Part shown: piece by piece, positions 1 through 11,291 of the stretch
Layout of the letters: every line of letters begins with the position of its first letter
How positions within the stretch are numbered: position 1 is the stretch's first letter
NCBI GenBank assembly: GCA_964527765.1
Contig: CAZGQR010000005.1
Location: 2,402-66,401, forward strand
DNA length: 64,000 bases
Direction: 5' to 3'
Source of the DNA: an uncultured Planctomycetia bacterium
Lineage (GTDB): Bacteria; Omnitrophota; Gorgyraeia; Tantalellales; Tantalellaceae
Translations under genes and position numbers: made by a program
Notes under the pieces: generated by a model
Database searches by the model: none
Told to the model about the DNA's origin: nothing
What the model saw: only the letters and a program-made list of their open reading frames with translations

Positions 1-58
1 TTCCGGTGAAGATATGGTTCATCCAGGTACATTATCTGCATCAGGAACATAACATCAA

Positions 59-87
59 ATGACATAAGCAGGAACTTGTGATATTAT
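59..87 (+). promoter_or_regulatory. Putative sigma70 promoter for murJ-uvrC
   Basis: ATGACA (59-64), 17-nt spacer, TATTAT (82-87) with TG at the extended -10 position; 36 nt upstream of the murJ ATG. Confidence 0.5.
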
Positions 88-123
88 GATATTAACTTTG
101 GGGCTAAAAACGACAGGCAGGCC

Positions 124-1701
124 ATGACCAACCAAAAACTCATAAAATCGACCGGGATCATAGGCTCCGCGACGATCGTCAGCCGTGTGCTGGGATTTAT
201 CCGCGACGTTCTTTTTGCGAGGCTCTTCGGCACCGATATATTCGCCCAAGCCTTTGTAGTGGCGTTTCGCCTGCCGAATATGCTCCGCGACATGGTCGGA
301 GAAGGGGCTACCGACGCGGCTATCGTACCCATTCTTACAGAGTACAGGCACACGCGCACACCGGAAGAATACTGGGAAGTAGCCCGTATAATATTGAATC
401 TGCTGCTGGCCGTGCTTGTAATATTGTCCATAGCGGGGGCTGTTTTTGCCCCGGCGCTGGTAAGGTTGATAGCGCCTGGGTTTTTGCGTTCTCCCGAGAA
501 ATTCGCTACGACCGTGCTTCTTACCCGCGTGATCTTTCCGTATATTCTCCTGCTCGGGATGGTGGCTTACAGTAAGGGAGTCCTTAACTCGTTCCACTAT
601 TTCACGACACCGGCATTTGCGCCGGTGGTGCTGAACACCACTATGATACTGGCGCTTCTGGCGCTGTGTCCTGTTATAGGCATAAAAGGACTGGTTATCG
701 GTGTCATGCTCGGAGGTATCCTTGAAGTGTTGATGCAGGTCCGGCCGCTGAGGGCGAGGGGCTTTAGATTCGAGAAAGGGTTTCGGCTGATGCATCCCGT
801 CGTCAAAAGGATAGGCCGGCTGCTTCTGCCCCGGGCACTCGGCACGGCGGTTTATCAGCTGAGCGTTCTTATTGATACCGTTCTGGCGTCACTGGCCTGG
901 ATAGTGGGCGCCGGCGGAGTGGCCGCGCTGTATTATTCCAACCGGCTCGTGCAGTTGCCTCTGGCTGTTTTCGGCATCTCGCTTGCTACAGCTGCTTTGC
1001 CGAAAATGAGCAGGGAGGCCGCTTCAAATGACATGGGCAGGCTCAAGGACACCATTTCTTTTTCCTTGAGAGCCGTGTTTACGATAATGATACCCGCGGC
1101 AGTGGGATTAATAATACTGGCTGAACAGATCGTGAGGATACTTTTTCAGAGAGGGGAATTCACGGCATATTCCACGGCGATAACGGCGAGCGCGCTGTTT
1201 TTCTACAGTTTCGGACTTTTCGCGTATGCCGGCATCAAGATCCTTGTAAGCACGTATTATTCCATGGGAGATACCCGTACGCCCGTAAGAACAGCCGCTA
1301 TCTCGCTGGTGGTCAATGTCGTGCTTAACCTGATACTGATGTGGCCGCTCAAGGTCGGCGGGCTCGCCCTGGCTACTTCCATAGCGGCCATGACCAATTT
1401 TACGATACTTTACGTTATACTGGTGAAGCGTATAGGGGACATCGGGACAGCCAGGATACTTTCGTCCCTCGCACGCATATGCGCGGCAGCGGCGATAATG
1501 GGCGTGGTCACATTTACCGCCATGCGTTTTTTCCTGCAGGAAGCCGGTCTTTCGACCATCGCCGCCCTCGCAAGGCTTACAGCGACGATCTTCGCCAGCG
1601 GCATCGTCTATCTTATAACGGCGCATCTGGTCGGGGTAGAAGGCACAAGAAAGCTGTGGATGCTGGTCTTTACCGGAAAAAGGAAGAACAATGGTCACTA
1701 A
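124..1701 (+). CDS. murJ: Lipid II flippase MurJ (MviN)
   Basis: 525 aa polytopic membrane protein; SRVLGFIRD, AFRLPNMLR..GEGA and YYSNRLVQLPLAVFG motifs. Confidence 0.95.
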   Translation: MTNQKLIKSTGIIGSATIVSRVLGFIRDVLFARLFGTDIFAQAFVVAFRLPNMLRDMVGEGATDAAIVPILTEYRHTRTPEEYWEVARIILNLLLAVLVILSIAGAVFAPALVRLIAPGFLRSPEKFATTVLLTRVIFPYILLLGMVAYSKGVLNSFHYFTTPAFAPVVLNTTMILALLALCPVIGIKGLVIGVMLGGILEVLMQVRPLRARGFRFEKGFRLMHPVVKRIGRLLLPRALGTAVYQLSVLIDTVLASLAWIVGAGGVAALYYSNRLVQLPLAVFGISLATAALPKMSREAASNDMGRLKDTISFSLRAVFTIMIPAAVGLIILAEQIVRILFQRGEFTAYSTAITASALFFYSFGLFAYAGIKILVSTYYSMGDTRTPVRTAAISLVVNVVLNLILMWPLKVGGLALATSIAAMTNFTILYVILVKRIGDIGTARILSSLARICAAAAIMGVVTFTAMRFFLQEAGLSTIAALARLTATIFASGIVYLITAHLVGVEGTRKLWMLVFTGKRKNNGH

Positions 1702-3118
1702 ATACAAAAAATTAACATCCAAGATACAGGCTCTTCCGGATTCGCCCGGCGTGTACAAATTTCTGGATTCCAGGAGTCGGATCATATATGTAGGCAAAGC
1801 TCGGCGCCTCCGAAAGCGGGTAGCGTCTTACTTTCGGGCCGGTCGCGCAAGGGACAGCCGCATGGAACTTCTGGTGGATGAAGTGCGCGACATCAGGTTC
1901 ATCAGGGCTTCCTCCGAAGCGGAAGCGCTTATATATGAGGCCGGGCTTATAAAGGACCACAGCCCCAAGTTCAATATCGAGCTTAAGGATGATAAATCTT
2001 ATCCTTTTCTCAAGCTGACCGTGAATGAAAAATACCCGAGACTTTTTATGACACGCAGAAGGACAGGTGACGGAGCTCTTTATTACGGGCCATACGTCAA
2101 TGTAAAGTTATTGAAGGAAGCGCTGTCCTTTATGAAAAAAGTCTTCCCGCTGAGGAGTTGCCGCACTCTTCATAAGTCTGTCTGTCTTGAATATCACATC
2201 GGTCAGTGTCTCGGGCCGTGCGAGAAAAAAATATCGGCCAAAGAATATAATAACATAGTGAGCCAGCTGAAAAAGTTCCTGGAAGGCCGAAAGGATGATC
2301 TTACCCGCGATCTGCAGAAACAGATGGACCGGTTTTCCCGGGATCGCGAGTACGAGAAAGCCCTTCACGTAAAGAAACGCATTGAAGCTCTCACGGCCGT
2401 GCAGCAACTTCACGACCGCTCGCAGTACCCCGTGTACGGCGAACTTGACGAGCTCAAGAACACACTGGACCTTCCTTCCTTGCCGATGACGATAGAATGT
2501 TTTGACATATCCAATATCAGCGGGCAGCAATCCGTCGGATCCATGGTAAGATTTACCGCCGGCAGGCCGCGCAGATCCGAATACCGGAAGTTCCGCGTGA
2601 AGGGCGTGAGCGGAATAGATGATTATTCCATGATCCGTGAAGTAGTGCGCAGAAGGTACTCCCGCCTTCTCGGTGAAGCAAAATCCTTGCCGGACCTGGT
2701 GCTGATCGACGGCGGCAGGGGTCATCTTTTTGCGGCCAGGGGCGAGCTCAGCGAACTGGGGCTGAATAGTATCGCAGTGGCAAGTATCGCCAAGGAACAT
2801 AACCACCTTTACGCCGTTTCACGCAGGCACCCCATAAGACTTTCGCCGGGGTCCAGATTGTTATTGCTTATCCAGCGAATAAGGGACGAGGCGCACCGTT
2901 TTGCCATAACCTATCACCGGCGGCTAAGACGAACGGAAAAGTTCGATACGGAATTGAGGAAGATAAAAGGGGTCGGGCAAAAAAGAGAGAAGATGCTTCT
3001 TGGGAGATTCGGAAGCATGGATAACGTGCGCAGGGCTTCTGCGGAAGAAATACGGAAATGCGGTATTGATAGGAGGACGGCACAGGCGATCGCGAGATAT
3101 TTTCGCGCTCACGGGTAG
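1691..3118 (+). CDS. uvrC: Excinuclease ABC subunit C (short form)
   Basis: GIY-YIG N-terminus (PGVYKF..IIYVGKA..LRKRVASYF), ECFDISN, LIDGG.GH, RDEAHRFA and a C-terminal HhH. Confidence 0.93.
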   Translation: MVTKYKKLTSKIQALPDSPGVYKFLDSRSRIIYVGKARRLRKRVASYFRAGRARDSRMELLVDEVRDIRFIRASSEAEALIYEAGLIKDHSPKFNIELKDDKSYPFLKLTVNEKYPRLFMTRRRTGDGALYYGPYVNVKLLKEALSFMKKVFPLRSCRTLHKSVCLEYHIGQCLGPCEKKISAKEYNNIVSQLKKFLEGRKDDLTRDLQKQMDRFSRDREYEKALHVKKRIEALTAVQQLHDRSQYPVYGELDELKNTLDLPSLPMTIECFDISNISGQQSVGSMVRFTAGRPRRSEYRKFRVKGVSGIDDYSMIREVVRRRYSRLLGEAKSLPDLVLIDGGRGHLFAARGELSELGLNSIAVASIAKEHNHLYAVSRRHPIRLSPGSRLLLLIQRIRDEAHRFAITYHRRLRRTEKFDTELRKIKGVGQKREKMLLGRFGSMDNVRRASAEEIRKCGIDRRTAQAIARYFRAHG

Positions 3119-3169
3119 CTCCGGAGCCGGAGATCCGCATCCCGCGGGGTTTTATTTATTGTTCTTATA

Positions 3170-3178
3170 TGTTATAAT
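3170..3178 (+). promoter_or_regulatory. Extended -10 promoter element for prfB-secA
   Basis: TGTTATAAT in an AT-rich intergenic region, followed by a GGAGG RBS (3188-3192) and ATG at 3201. Confidence 0.55.
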
Positions 3179-3200
3179 GCCAGCTACGGAGGAAAAATAT

Positions 3201-4302
3201 ATGATAGACGAACTGCGCAGATCAATAAAGGCCCTGGATATCAAGTTCGAAGAACTCAGGGGGTATCTTTGACCTGGCCGAGAAGACCAAAAAGATAAAA
3301 GAACTCGAACAGCAGCTCGCTAGTCCCGAGATATGGAAAAAAGCGGAAAAAGCCGACAGTCTTTCACGGGAACTCCGCGCGCTCAGATCAATAGTCGGGC
3401 CTTACGATGACTTGAAACAGCGGTACGACGCGTTTAAGGAGCTTTCCGAGATAGTAGAAGCGGAAGATATCTCTTCCATCGGCAGCTTGATGGAAGAGAT
3501 GAAAAAGGTCCAGGATGAGATCGATAAACTTGAGTTTAAATGCATCCTGGGTGACGAGGCCGATAGGTGCAATGCCATCGTGAGTATCAATGCCGGCGCC
3601 GGCGGCACGGAATCCTGTGATTGGGCGTCCATGCTGCTGAGGATGTATCTTCGCTGGGCGGAGAACCACGGCCATTCGTCCGAGGTCATCGATCAGCTCC
3701 CCGGCGAAGAAGCCGGAATAAAGAGCGCGACCTTTATCGTCAAGGGCGATTTCGCGTTCGGTTACCTTAAGGCGGAGACCGGCGTTCACCGGCTGGTCCG
3801 CATTTCTCCGTTTGATTCCAACAAGAGACGGCACACATCGTTTGCGTCAGTTGATGTTGTCCCCGATGTGGATAAGAGCATAAAGATCGATATCAATGAG
3901 AGTGATCTCAGGGTGGATACGTATCGTTCTTCGGGCGCCGGAGGCCAGCACGTCAACGTTACGGATTCCGCTGTCCGGATAACGCATCTGCCTACCGGGA
4001 TCATGGTGCAGTGTCAGAAGGAGCGGTCCCAGCACAAGAACAGGACCACGGCCATGAAGATCCTCAGGGCGCGTTTGTACGAGGAAAAAAGACGTCAGCA
4101 GGAAGAAGAGACCCAAAAGGTCCACGGCGACAAAAAGAAGATAGAGTGGGGCAGCCAGATACGTTCATACGTGCTGCATCCCTACAAGATGGTAAAGGAT
4201 CATCGGACCGGGGAACAGACCTCCAGCGCTGAAAAAGTCCTGGACGGGAACCTGGATGATTTCGTAGAGGCATACTTGAAGAAAACAGCGACGAGAAAAT
4301 AA
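3201..4302 (+). CDS. prfB: Peptide chain release factor 2, expressed via programmed +1 frameshift
   Basis: ORF1 from ATG 3201 ends at CTT-TGA (3267-3272); the +1 frame continues to 4302 with the SPF (RISPFD) and GGQ motifs. Confidence 0.96.
3258..3273 (+). promoter_or_regulatory. RF2 programmed frameshift signal
   Basis: AGGGGG-TAT-CTT-TGA-C, the canonical internal Shine-Dalgarno plus slippery site. Confidence 0.96.
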
Positions 4303-4317
4303 CGGGAGCATAAAAGC

Positions 4318-7300
4318 ATGTTCGGTCTTGTGGCGAAACTGTTGAGGGATATTTTCGGGACGCAGAACGAGCGCGAGCTTGCCAAGCTTGCGCCGCTGGT
4401 CCAGAAAATAAACGCTCTTGAAGCGGAGTTTTCTTCGTTTTCGGATGAAGAGCTGAAGGAAAGGGCGGCCCAGGTCAGGAAGAATCTTATCCTCGCGCGC
4501 AAACAAAATAAACCAGAGGAAGAGAAGATCCGCGAACTCGTAGCTTCGTCTACTTCGGACCAGGAGAGGAACAAGCATAAAAGACGCCTGAAAGAAGCAA
4601 AAAACCGGATACTTGACGACAGTATCCCGGAAGTCTTTGCCGCGGTCAGGGAAGCGGCGAAGAGGACGATAGGCCTCAGACATTTCGATGTCCAGCTTCT
4701 CGGCGGTATCGTGCTGCATCAGGGCAGGATCGCGGAGATGGCGACAGGCGAAGGTAAAACGCTCGTTGCTACTCTGCCGGTCTGCCTGAACGCTTTTGCC
4801 GGAGAAAAAGTTCACGTGGTGACGGTAAATGATTACCTCGCAAAAAGGGACCGCGAGTGGATGGGCCCGGTCTATACCTTTCTGGGCCTTTCGGTGGGAG
4901 TCATACAGAATGACATGAGGTCCGAGGAAAGGAAAAATGTTTACGGATGCGATGTCGTTTACGGGACCAACAACGAATTCGGCTTCGATTACCTGAGAGA
5001 TAACATGGTGGCGGATGAGTCCGATGCGGTTCAGGGACACCTCGGGTTTGCCATAGTTGACGAAGTCGACAGTATCCTCGTCGACGAGGCAAGGACGCCA
5101 TTGATAATATCCGGTCCGGTGGAGGATACGAACGAGGCGTATAATCAGATGAGGCCCGTGGTGCAGGAGATCGTCGGCGCGCAGAGAAGGCTCACGGGCG
5201 ATTATATCTCCCGGTTCCGGATCAACCTGCGCGAGGGCAATGAAGAAGAGGCGGGGCGCCTGCTTTATCTTATTCACAAGGCCGATCCGAAGAACCGGGA
5301 ATTTCTGGACATCGTGCTTAAGGACGGGCGCGCGAAATCCCTGTTTGATAAAACACAGGGCCTTCTGGACGGCAAGGTCATGGAGAAGGAACGCAATGAA
5401 CTTCTTGAAGAGCTTTTCTACGTTTTTGACGAAAAATCGCGCGAGGCGACTTTCAGCGCGAAGGGTCAGAAGATGATGCAGGAGAAGTTCAGCATAGAGT
5501 TCATGCTGGAAGATATCGAGGCCAGACTGGCGGAACTGGCGGATGAGGATATACCGGCGGAAGAAAAGATGGCGCGCGAGACGGAACTGGTATCGTCATA
5601 TGCGGACCAGCAAAGGAAGGTAGAGAGCATCAAGCAGCTGCTGAAGGCCTATATATTGTTCCAGAAGGACGTTGATTACGTTATCAAGGATAACAAGATA
5701 GTCATAGTCGATTCCTTTACCGGAAGAATGATGCCGGGACGCCGCTTTTCGGACGGTATCCACGAGGCGATCGAGGCAAAGGAGCGGGTCGAGGTGCAGA
5801 AAGAGAGCCAGACACTCGCGACCGTTACTCTCCAGAATTACTTTCGCATGTACGATAAACTGGCCGGCATGACGGGTACCGCGAAGACCGAGGAAACGGA
5901 GTTCGAGAATATCTACCTGCTGCCCGTCATACAGGTGCCCACCAACCGCCCGTTGATACGGCTAAGCATGGCGGACCGCATATACAAAACAGAAAAAGAG
6001 AAGTTCGACGCGGTCATCGGAGAGATCGCCCAGTGGCACGAGAAGGGAAGGCCCATGCTGGTCGGGACGGTGTCTATAGAAAAATCCGAACAGCTGAGCC
6101 GATTGCTGAACGCGCGCGGGATCAAACACAATGTCCTGAACGCCAAGTACCACGAGAAAGAGGCGCATATAGTCGCGCAGGCGGGCCGGTACGGGGCGGT
6201 TACCATAGCCACCAACATGGCGGGCCGCGGGACGGACATACTTCTCGGGGGCAATCCTGAATATCTTGCGAATGATGCGGTGGAAAAACTGGAGATAGAT
6301 GATCCTGAGGAAAGAAAGAGAACATTTGAAAAATATCTTGGGGAGTTCAAAACCCAGACGCATCAGGAGCGGGGAAAGGTCCTTGAAGCCGGCGGCTTAC
6401 ACGTGATAGGCACGGAAAGACATGAAGCCCGGAGGATAGATAACCAGCTCCGCGGACGGTCCGGCAGGCAGGGCGATCCCGGTTCCAGCAGATTTTATCT
6501 TTCACTGGAGGACGACCTTATGAGGATCTTCGGGTCCGACAGGATAAAAGGCATCATGGACCGCCTGGGCATGGAGGAAGGGGAGGTCATCGAGAACCCG
6601 CTTGTTACGCGCGCCGTGATGACAGCGCAGCGCAGGGTAGAATCCCAGAACTTCGAGATCAGAAAACACCTTCTTAAGTATGACAATGTCATGAACCAGC
6701 AGAGGGAGGTCGTATATAAGAGGCGACGCATGATACTTACGGGCAAGGACCTGAAGGAAGAGTTCTTTGAGTGTCTTTCCGTCGGCCTGGAATCGCTTCT
6801 CGAGAACTGGGAAGAGGCGCCCGAAGCAGATCTTCTCGCGAAAAACGTCATGTATCGTTACGCGGTAAACGTCAAACCCGATTCGCTCGAAGGCAGGTCG
6901 GCGCAGGACGTCATGGAACTTATAAAGGAGATCGCGGAAAAGGGTTATTCCGCAAGAGAGAAATTTCTCGGAGAGGAGAGGATGCGGGAGCTCGAAAAAA
7001 TGGTTATGCTTTCCGCGATAGATTCGAATTGGAAAGAATATCTGAGGGAGATCGACGATCTCAGAGAAGGGATATCCTGGCGGGCGTACGCACAGAAGGA
7101 TCCTCTGATCGAATTTCAGCACGAGGCGTTCCGGATGTTCGCGGATCTTATGATAAAAGTGGATGAACAAACGGCCGAACGGATCATGAAGATCTCCGCC
7201 ATGGAGGAGCAATACAAAAGACAAGTTTTCCGGCCCGAGAAAGAGACTTTCCAGCACAGGGGATATTCCGCCATCGGAACACCCTCGGCCGGTCAGGACG

Positions 7301-7470
7301 ATGTTTATGACAAAGGGCCTGTCAGCGGCCCGGCGGAGATGTTCGCTCCGGAGGAGGGCGGTAAGCCGGAAGAGACATACCGCCGCAGCGCGCCGAAAGT
7401 CGGACGCAACGACCCCTGTCCGTGCGGCAGCGGGAAGAAATACAAGAAGTGTTGTGGCAGGGACGCGTAG
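4318..7470 (+). CDS. secA: Preprotein translocase ATPase SecA
   Basis: [41 protein letters not shown] and C-terminal [17 protein letters not shown]. Confidence 0.98.
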   Translation: MFGLVAKLLRDIFGTQNERELAKLAPLVQKINALEAEFSSFSDEELKERAAQVRKNLILARKQNKPEEEKIRELVASSTSDQERNKHKRRLKEAKNRILDDSIPEVFAAVREAAKRTIGLRHFDVQLLGGIVLHQGRIAEMATGEGKTLVATLPVCLNAFAGEKVHVVTVNDYLAKRDREWMGPVYTFLGLSVGVIQNDMRSEERKNVYGCDVVYGTNNEFGFDYLRDNMVADESDAVQGHLGFAIVDEVDSILVDEARTPLIISGPVEDTNEAYNQMRPVVQEIVGAQRRLTGDYISRFRINLREGNEEEAGRLLYLIHKADPKNREFLDIVLKDGRAKSLFDKTQGLLDGKVMEKERNELLEELFYVFDEKSREATFSAKGQKMMQEKFSIEFMLEDIEARLAELADEDIPAEEKMARETELVSSYADQQRKVESIKQLLKAYILFQKDVDYVIKDNKIVIVDSFTGRMMPGRRFSDGIHEAIEAKERVEVQKESQTLATVTLQNYFRMYDKLAGMTGTAKTEETEFENIYLLPVIQVPTNRPLIRLSMADRIYKTEKEKFDAVIGEIAQWHEKGRPMLVGTVSIEKSEQLSRLLNARGIKHNVLNAKYHEKEAHIVAQAGRYGAVTIATNMAGRGTDILLGGNPEYLANDAVEKLEIDDPEERKRTFEKYLGEFKTQTHQERGKVLEAGGLHVIGTERHEARRIDNQLRGRSGRQGDPGSSRFYLSLEDDLMRIFGSDRIKGIMDRLGMEEGEVIENPLVTRAVMTAQRRVESQNFEIRKHLLKYDNVMNQQREVVYKRRRMILTGKDLKEEFFECLSVGLESLLENWEEAPEADLLAKNVMYRYAVNVKPDSLEGRSAQDVMELIKEIAEKGYSAREKFLGEERMRELEKMVMLSAIDSNWKEYLREIDDLREGISWRAYAQKDPLIEFQHEAFRMFADLMIKVDEQTAERIMKISAMEEQYKRQVFRPEKETFQHRGYSAIGTPSAGQDDVYDKGPVSGPAEMFAPEEGGKPEETYRRSAPKVGRNDPCPCGSGKKYKKCCGRDA

Positions 7471-7471
7471 C

Positions 7472-8998
7472 ATGAAAGATATCGCACGGAACACATCTCT
7501 CGCCGCTCTGTCAGGGATCCTGGCCTTTCTGGCTTTCCCTCCGTTCGAACTTACCTTCCTGGGATGGATATGTCTTGTCCCGCTCCTGCTCGTCATTAAA
7601 AAAAACAGCTCCGGGCGGAATTTCTGGTACGCGTACCTGTCCGGCGTGGTGTTTTTCGGGTGCCTTTTGTACTGGCTCGTGAACGTGAGCGTGCCCGGCA
7701 TGGTGATACTCGTGGTTATCCTTTCTGTTTTTTACGGGGTTTTCGGGCTTTTGGCAGGATATGTCCTGAAGTATTCCATGGACCTTTTACTATTTCCTTT
7801 CATATGGGTGGTACTGGAGTACATCCGCAGCAATCTATTCACGGGTTTTCCCTGGGGCCTTCTCGGCTACACGCAGTACAGGAACATCAATCTCATCCAG
7901 ATCGCGGATATCACCGGCGCATACGGGATCTCCTTTCTGCTGGTCGTCTTTAACGCGGCAGCATTCGCCTGGATCAGCCGTTCCGGCAGGAAGATCGCCT
8001 ATATGATGGTGGCGCTGCTCTTCATTATAGCGGCGACCTCTTACGGCATGTACCGATTCAACAATTATTATATCTGGGGCAGCCCGCGCATGAGCGTCGT
8101 TCAGGGGAATATCCCCCAGCAGTATAAATGGGACGAGAAGTTCGCTAAAGATATCATAAAAGAATACAGCAGACTGACAAGGGAAGCGGCGGAGGACGAT
8201 CCGGACATGATAATATGGCCCGAAACCGCCTATCCGTACCTTGTCGAGGGAAAGGACAGGCCGGCCGGCCAGATCAGCGCCCTTGCTTCCGAACAGGGGA
8301 TCCCCATACTGACCGGGATCGTATACGCCGAAGGCGGCACTTATTACAACAGCGCCGCGGTCTTTGACGGGAAGGAGGAACTGGCCGATGTTTACAACAA
8401 GGTCCATCTTGTTCCTTTCGGGGAGTACGTTCCGTTCGAAAGGTCCCTGTCTTTTCTGAGGGACTACATAGATAAGCCCATAGGCGATTTTGCGGAAGGC
8501 AAAGAGTATACGCTTTTTCCGGTAAAGTCGGTAAGGTCGTTGACCGCGGCAGACGGATCGATACAGCGCCGGATAAATTTTTACAAGTTCGGCGTTCTGA
8601 TATGCTTCGAGGACATATTCCCGTACATCACGAGAGAATTTGTGCGGAAGGGGGCCAATTTCGTGGTCAACATCACCAACGACGCGTGGTTCGGCGATAC
8701 GGCCGCTCCCAGACAGCATCTGCAGTCATCGGTTTTCAGGGCGGTGGAGAACAGGGTCCCGGTGATACGCGCCGCCAATACCGGTATTTCGTGTTTCGTG
8801 GATTCCACGGGCAAGGTCCTCTCGAGCGTGGAAGCGGAGGGAAAAGAGGTCCTGGTCAGCGGTTTTGCCACGAGCAACGTGGACATATACGCCGGCCGCA
8901 GCGTTTACACGGTGTACGGCGACATCTTCGTGTATTTCTGCGGTTTCATGATGGCCCTTCTTTTTATCATGGAAGGGTTCTTCCTGAAGAAAGAATAA
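7472..8998 (+). CDS. lnt: Apolipoprotein N-acyltransferase
   Basis: TGFPW, VQGNI, WPETA, KVHLVPFGEY, ICFED and AANTGIS motifs; start moved to ATG 7472 immediately after the secA stop. Confidence 0.95.
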   Translation: MKDIARNTSLAALSGILAFLAFPPFELTFLGWICLVPLLLVIKKNSSGRNFWYAYLSGVVFFGCLLYWLVNVSVPGMVILVVILSVFYGVFGLLAGYVLKYSMDLLLFPFIWVVLEYIRSNLFTGFPWGLLGYTQYRNINLIQIADITGAYGISFLLVVFNAAAFAWISRSGRKIAYMMVALLFIIAATSYGMYRFNNYYIWGSPRMSVVQGNIPQQYKWDEKFAKDIIKEYSRLTREAAEDDPDMIIWPETAYPYLVEGKDRPAGQISALASEQGIPILTGIVYAEGGTYYNSAAVFDGKEELADVYNKVHLVPFGEYVPFERSLSFLRDYIDKPIGDFAEGKEYTLFPVKSVRSLTAADGSIQRRINFYKFGVLICFEDIFPYITREFVRKGANFVVNITNDAWFGDTAAPRQHLQSSVFRAVENRVPVIRAANTGISCFVDSTGKVLSSVEAEGKEVLVSGFATSNVDIYAGRSVYTVYGDIFVYFCGFMMALLFIMEGFFLKKE

Positions 8999-9012
8999 CA
9001 CCCCGGGTAAGA

Positions 9013-10545
9013 TCATACCCACAGGTTCCTGTCCAGGCAACGGTACCCGACCGCCTCCGAGATGTGGTGCGATTCGATCATCTCCGACCCGTCCATGTCC
9101 GCGATCGTACGCGAGATCTTAAGTATCTTATCATAGGCTCTCGCGCTGATGCCAAGTTCAAGGATCGCCGTTTTTAAAAGTTCCTCCGCCTCATTTGACA
9201 GGATGCAAAAATTTTCGGTTTCCCGGGGATTCATATACGCGTTATATGCCGAGTGAGCCGACTTTTCCCTGAATCTTTTTTTCTGGATCTTTTTGCTTTT
9301 GATCACGCGTTTCTTTATAGCCAGGGAGCGTTCCCCGCTTCTTCGTTTTGAGAGCTGCTCGTAATTCAGGCGCGGGACTTCAAGATGAATATCGATCCTG
9401 TCCAATAGAGGCCCGGAGATCTTGGAAAGGTACCGCTGTATCTGGTGAGGAGTGCACTGGCATCTCTTGTGGGGATCCGTAAAGTACCCGCACGGGCACG
9501 GGTTCATGGCGGCTATAAGGATAAAGCGCGAGGGATACTTGAGCGTTCGTTCGACTCTGGCTATGGTGATCTCTCCAGATTCAAGCGGCTGGCGGAGCGT
9601 CTCGAGCACGTCCCGACGGAATTCGGGAAATTCGTCAAGAAAAAGCACTCCGTTATGGGCGAGACTTATTTCACCAGGTACCGGGCGGGATCTGCCGCCA
9701 GCCATGGCCGCGTACGATATCGTGTGATGGGGGCAGCGGACCGGCCGTTCACTTATGAGGCCGTCCGTTTTCAGCCGGCCGGCTATGCTGTAGATATTGG
9801 TCACTTCGAGCGCTTCCTCCGGTGAAAGATCCGGAAGAATAGTGGGGAATCTTTTTGCAAGCATGCTCTTGCCCGAACCGGGCGGTCCCAGCAACAGGAC
9901 GTTATGTCCGCCGCTGGCAGCGACTTCCATGCCTCGCTTAACATGCTCCTGTCCCTTAACGTCTTTAAAATCCAGGTTATCGTGTGATCCTTTTTTTTCA
10001 AGGCTTTTTTCCCGCGGGTTTACGATATCAAGGGTATCCGTTCCCTTGATATGATCGATCACTTTTCGCAGGGTGGGCGTGCCGTAAACGGAGATACCTT
10101 TTACGTTAGCCGCCTCCCGGGCGTTGCTTTCCGGCAGGATAAAAGCCCTGCCTTTTTTCTTCAGGGCTATAGCGATAGGCAGAGCCCCGCGGAAAGGTTT
10201 AAGCCTGCCGTTCAGGGAAAGCTCGCCGCACAGCAAGAGCCCTTCAAGCTCTTCCTGTTTGATCAGCCCCGTCGCGGCGAGAATACCGATCGCGATGGGA
10301 AGATCGAAACCGACGCCCTCTTTCTTTATGTCGGCCGGGGAAAGATTGACGGTTATTTTTCTCTCGGGAAAAATAAAGCCGGAATTCCTGATAGCGGAGC
10401 GGATGCGATCCCGGCTTTCTCTTATGGAGGTGTCGGGAAGGCCGACAACGCAAAAAGAAGGAAGGCCGTTTGAGACATCAACTTCAACATCGATGTGGTA
10501 GGCGTCGATCCCCATGACGCATCCGGAGTTGACTTTTGCTAACAT
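9013..10545 (-). CDS. comM: ComM/YifB Mg-chelatase-like AAA+ helicase
   Basis: VGLPDTSIRESRDR, GPPGSGKSMLAKR, GEISLAHNGVLFLDE, AMNPCPCG and SGPLLDRID motifs. Confidence 0.93.
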   Translation of the reverse strand: MLAKVNSGCVMGIDAYHIDVEVDVSNGLPSFCVVGLPDTSIRESRDRIRSAIRNSGFIFPERKITVNLSPADIKKEGVGFDLPIAIGILAATGLIKQEELEGLLLCGELSLNGRLKPFRGALPIAIALKKKGRAFILPESNAREAANVKGISVYGTPTLRKVIDHIKGTDTLDIVNPREKSLEKKGSHDNLDFKDVKGQEHVKRGMEVAASGGHNVLLLGPPGSGKSMLAKRFPTILPDLSPEEALEVTNIYSIAGRLKTDGLISERPVRCPHHTISYAAMAGGRSRPVPGEISLAHNGVLFLDEFPEFRRDVLETLRQPLESGEITIARVERTLKYPSRFILIAAMNPCPCGYFTDPHKRCQCTPHQIQRYLSKISGPLLDRIDIHLEVPRLNYEQLSKRRSGERSLAIKKRVIKSKKIQKKRFREKSAHSAYNAYMNPRETENFCILSNEAEELLKTAILELGISARAYDKILKISRTIADMDGSEMIESHHISEAVGYRCLDRNLWV

Positions 10546-10567
10546 TTGCAGCTCCTTTCCCGGCGGT

Positions 10568-10939
10568 TCAATGTAATTCGATTATATTTTTCACATGATG
10601 TAGTGATCGCAATTTTCCGCGCACGTCCAGCTTGACGGCAATGGCATCAACACGGCACGGCCCGTTGCATAAATCATATCTTTTAAGGTAATATTGGCAG
10701 TTTTTCAAAATGTGTTCCTGTTTTGTTCTGGTTATCGAGGAAAGAGGCGGTCCGAACCTTTCCGATGTCCGCGTTTTGACTTCCAGGAAAATAATGCAGC
10801 CGTTTCGCTCCGCTACCAGGTCGATCTCGCCGAACGGAGCGCGAAAATTCCTGTCCAGGATCGAGAAACCTCTTGAAACGAGAAATCTTTCGGCCATTTT
10901 CTCGCCGAGTTTTCCGGTATGCTGCCGGGACCGCCTCAT
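10568..10939 (-). CDS. yraN: YraN family (UPF0102) nuclease
   Basis: GKLGE.MAERFL...GF.IL.RNFR...GEIDLVA......FLEVKTR pattern; adjacent to comM. Confidence 0.92.
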   Translation of the reverse strand: MRRSRQHTGKLGEKMAERFLVSRGFSILDRNFRAPFGEIDLVAERNGCIIFLEVKTRTSERFGPPLSSITRTKQEHILKNCQYYLKRYDLCNGPCRVDAIAVKLDVRGKLRSLHHVKNIIELH

Positions 10940-10950
10940 CGTGATCCTCC

Positions 10951-11229
10951 TTATTTTTTTACTGTTTCCTGTTCAGCGTAGCTTTCAAGCACCAGCTCCT
11001 GCAGGCCCTTGCGCATTTCCCTGGAAACGGGATGAAAGGTATCGTACCATTTGCCGTCACGCCCCTGCTGTTGGGGCATGCCCACAAAAAGGCCGTCCTT
11101 ACCCTGCACGACCCTCAGACCCTTTACCAGGAAAGCGTCCAGTATCAGCAGGTCGCAGAACGCTTTTGTCGGGCCTTCGCCTTCCAGCGCGTGGATCCGT
11201 TCAACCTTAACAACCGGTTTACTGTTCAT
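10951..11229 (-). CDS. spoVG: SpoVG family nucleic-acid-binding protein
   Basis: KAFCDL..LDAFLVKGLRVVQGKDGLFVGMP...DGKWYD..HP pattern; start chosen at ATG 11229 behind a GGAGG RBS. Confidence 0.88.
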   Translation of the reverse strand: MNSKPVVKVERIHALEGEGPTKAFCDLLILDAFLVKGLRVVQGKDGLFVGMPQQQGRDGKWYDTFHPVSREMRKGLQELVLESYAEQETVKK

Positions 11230-11291
11230 TTTCTTACCTCCTTTTGCTTTAATTTTGAATTTAGAGCCGTTGTCAAAAAGTGCGAGACCTA

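Noticed and set aside
40-100. dif-like site at the window start
   Set aside because: AT-rich, but no match to the XerD arm TTATGTTAAAT; better explained as the murJ promoter.
3000-3272. 90-aa ORF as a separate gene, or prfB as a pseudogene
   Set aside because: Its 3' part is simply the pre-frameshift segment of prfB.
11271-11276. TTGACA on the minus strand upstream of spoVG
   Set aside because: No convincing -10 element at 16-18 nt spacing.
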